NCBI GenBank assembly: GCA_012518935.1
Contig: JAAYRE010000020.1
Coordinates: 1-53,017, forward strand
Direction: 5' to 3'
DNA: 53,017 nucleotides
From: Clostridiales bacterium
GTDB lineage: Bacteria > Bacillota > Clostridia > Lachnospirales > Lachnospiraceae
Numbering within the stretch: position 1 is the stretch's first letter; every line of letters starts with the position of its first letter. A program made the translations under genes and the position numbers. The notes beneath the pieces are model-generated. The model saw only the letters and a list, made by a program, of their open reading frames with translations. It had not been told where the DNA came from and ran no database searches. Below are positions 52,110 to 53,017 of the stretch, piece after piece.

Positions 52110-53017
52110 ATGAGTAGAGAAAGAGGTAATTTATCAATTAATTCGGATAATTTGTTTCCGATTATTAAGAAGTGGTTATATTCAGACCATGACATATTTG
52201 TCCGTGAAATGATATCAAATGGTATAGATGCCATAACAAAATTAAAAAAGCTTGAGATAATGGGAGAGGCAGAATTACCTGATGACAATCATTATAAGAT
52301 TGTTGTAACAATTAATCCGGAAGAAAAGACAATATGCTTCTCTGACAATGGTATTGGAATGACTGCAGATGAGGTAAAGGAATATATTAATCAGATTGCA
52401 TTTTCTGGAGCTAAGAAGTTTATAGAAACATATAAGGATAAGACCAATGATGATCAGATTATCGGACATTTTGGACTTGGCTTTTATTCAGCATTTATGG
52501 TGGCAGACAAGGTTACTATAGAGACTTTGTCATGGCAAAAGGATGCAAAGCCAGTTCATTGGGAATCTGAAAGTGGAACAGAATATGAGATGGGTGAAGG
52601 AAGTAAGACCGTCCGTGGTACTGACATAACCCTATATCTTAATGATGATAGCTATGAATTCTCCAATGAATATCGCATTAAGGAAGTAATTAATAAGTAC
52701 TGTTCATTTATGCCTGTGGAAATATACTTAAAGAATGCCAATGATCCTGAAGAAGTAAGTGATGAGAAGAAGGAGGATGAAGTTATATCCACAACTGTAG
52801 ATGAGGATGGAAAGGCTGTTGAAACTGCTGAAACTGCTGAAACTGATAAGGCAGATAACAAACCTAAGCCTCTTAATAATACTTCACCTCTGTGGGCAAA
52901 GCATCCCAATGATTGTACCGATGAGGAATACAAGGAGTTTTACCGCAATGTATTCCATGATTACAGGGAGCCTCTATTCTGGATACATCTTAATATGGAT
53001 TATCCATTTAATTTGAA
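52110..53017 (+). CDS. htpG: Molecular chaperone HtpG (Hsp90), runs off the window end
   Basis: Read from sequence: MSRERGNLSINSDNLFPIIKKWLYSDHDIFVREMISNGIDA...SDNGIGMT...IGHFGLGFYSAFMVA. Confidence 0.96.
   Translation, partial: MSRERGNLSINSDNLFPIIKKWLYSDHDIFVREMISNGIDAITKLKKLEIMGEAELPDDNHYKIVVTINPEEKTICFSDNGIGMTADEVKEYINQIAFSGAKKFIETYKDKTNDDQIIGHFGLGFYSAFMVADKVTIETLSWQKDAKPVHWESESGTEYEMGEGSKTVRGTDITLYLNDDSYEFSNEYRIKEVINKYCSFMPVEIYLKNANDPEEVSDEKKEDEVISTTVDEDGKAVETAETAETDKADNKPKPLNNTSPLWAKHPNDCTDEEYKEFYRNVFHDYREPLFWIHLNMDYPFNL

Noticed and set aside
52821-52847. GAAACTGCT tandem repeat
   Set aside because: Encodes ETAETAETD in the variable charged linker of HtpG.

Overview
Low-GC chromosomal window from a spore-forming, polysaccharide-degrading Clostridia member. 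Gene content suggests a Lachnospiraceae / Herbinix-like organism, which is an inference. Most of it is housekeeping and sugar utilisation: GH27, GH31 YicI, GH3, leuBCD with a divergent LysR, ilvD-ilvB, serC-serA-DUF1015, rubrerythrin, GS type III, an ABC-F ATPase, a heterodimeric ABC exporter, tRNA-Gly(GCC), and a CIRCE-controlled htpG running off the right end. No CRISPR array, integrase, transposase or prophage is visible. The most interesting items are: (1) a 12-TM MFS-like LuxR sensor + solo LuxR HTH + secreted LamG protein module carrying three copies of a shared palindrome TCAYTA-N4-TAATGA; (2) a 206-bp non-coding, hairpin-rich element bounded by a duplicated tRNA-Gly 3' end; (3) a 135-bp MITE-like palindromic repeat with a partial tandem copy; (4) two genes (htpG and a chemoreceptor) whose Shine-Dalgarno is separated from the ATG by a hairpin; (5) a soluble MCP fused to a C-terminal sugar-binding domain; (6) an esterase / acyltransferase / DUF6320 / TraX operon. 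Four apparent 1-nt deletions in short homopolymers suggest sequencing error rather than true pseudogenes. All family assignments come from reading motifs; no database search was run.
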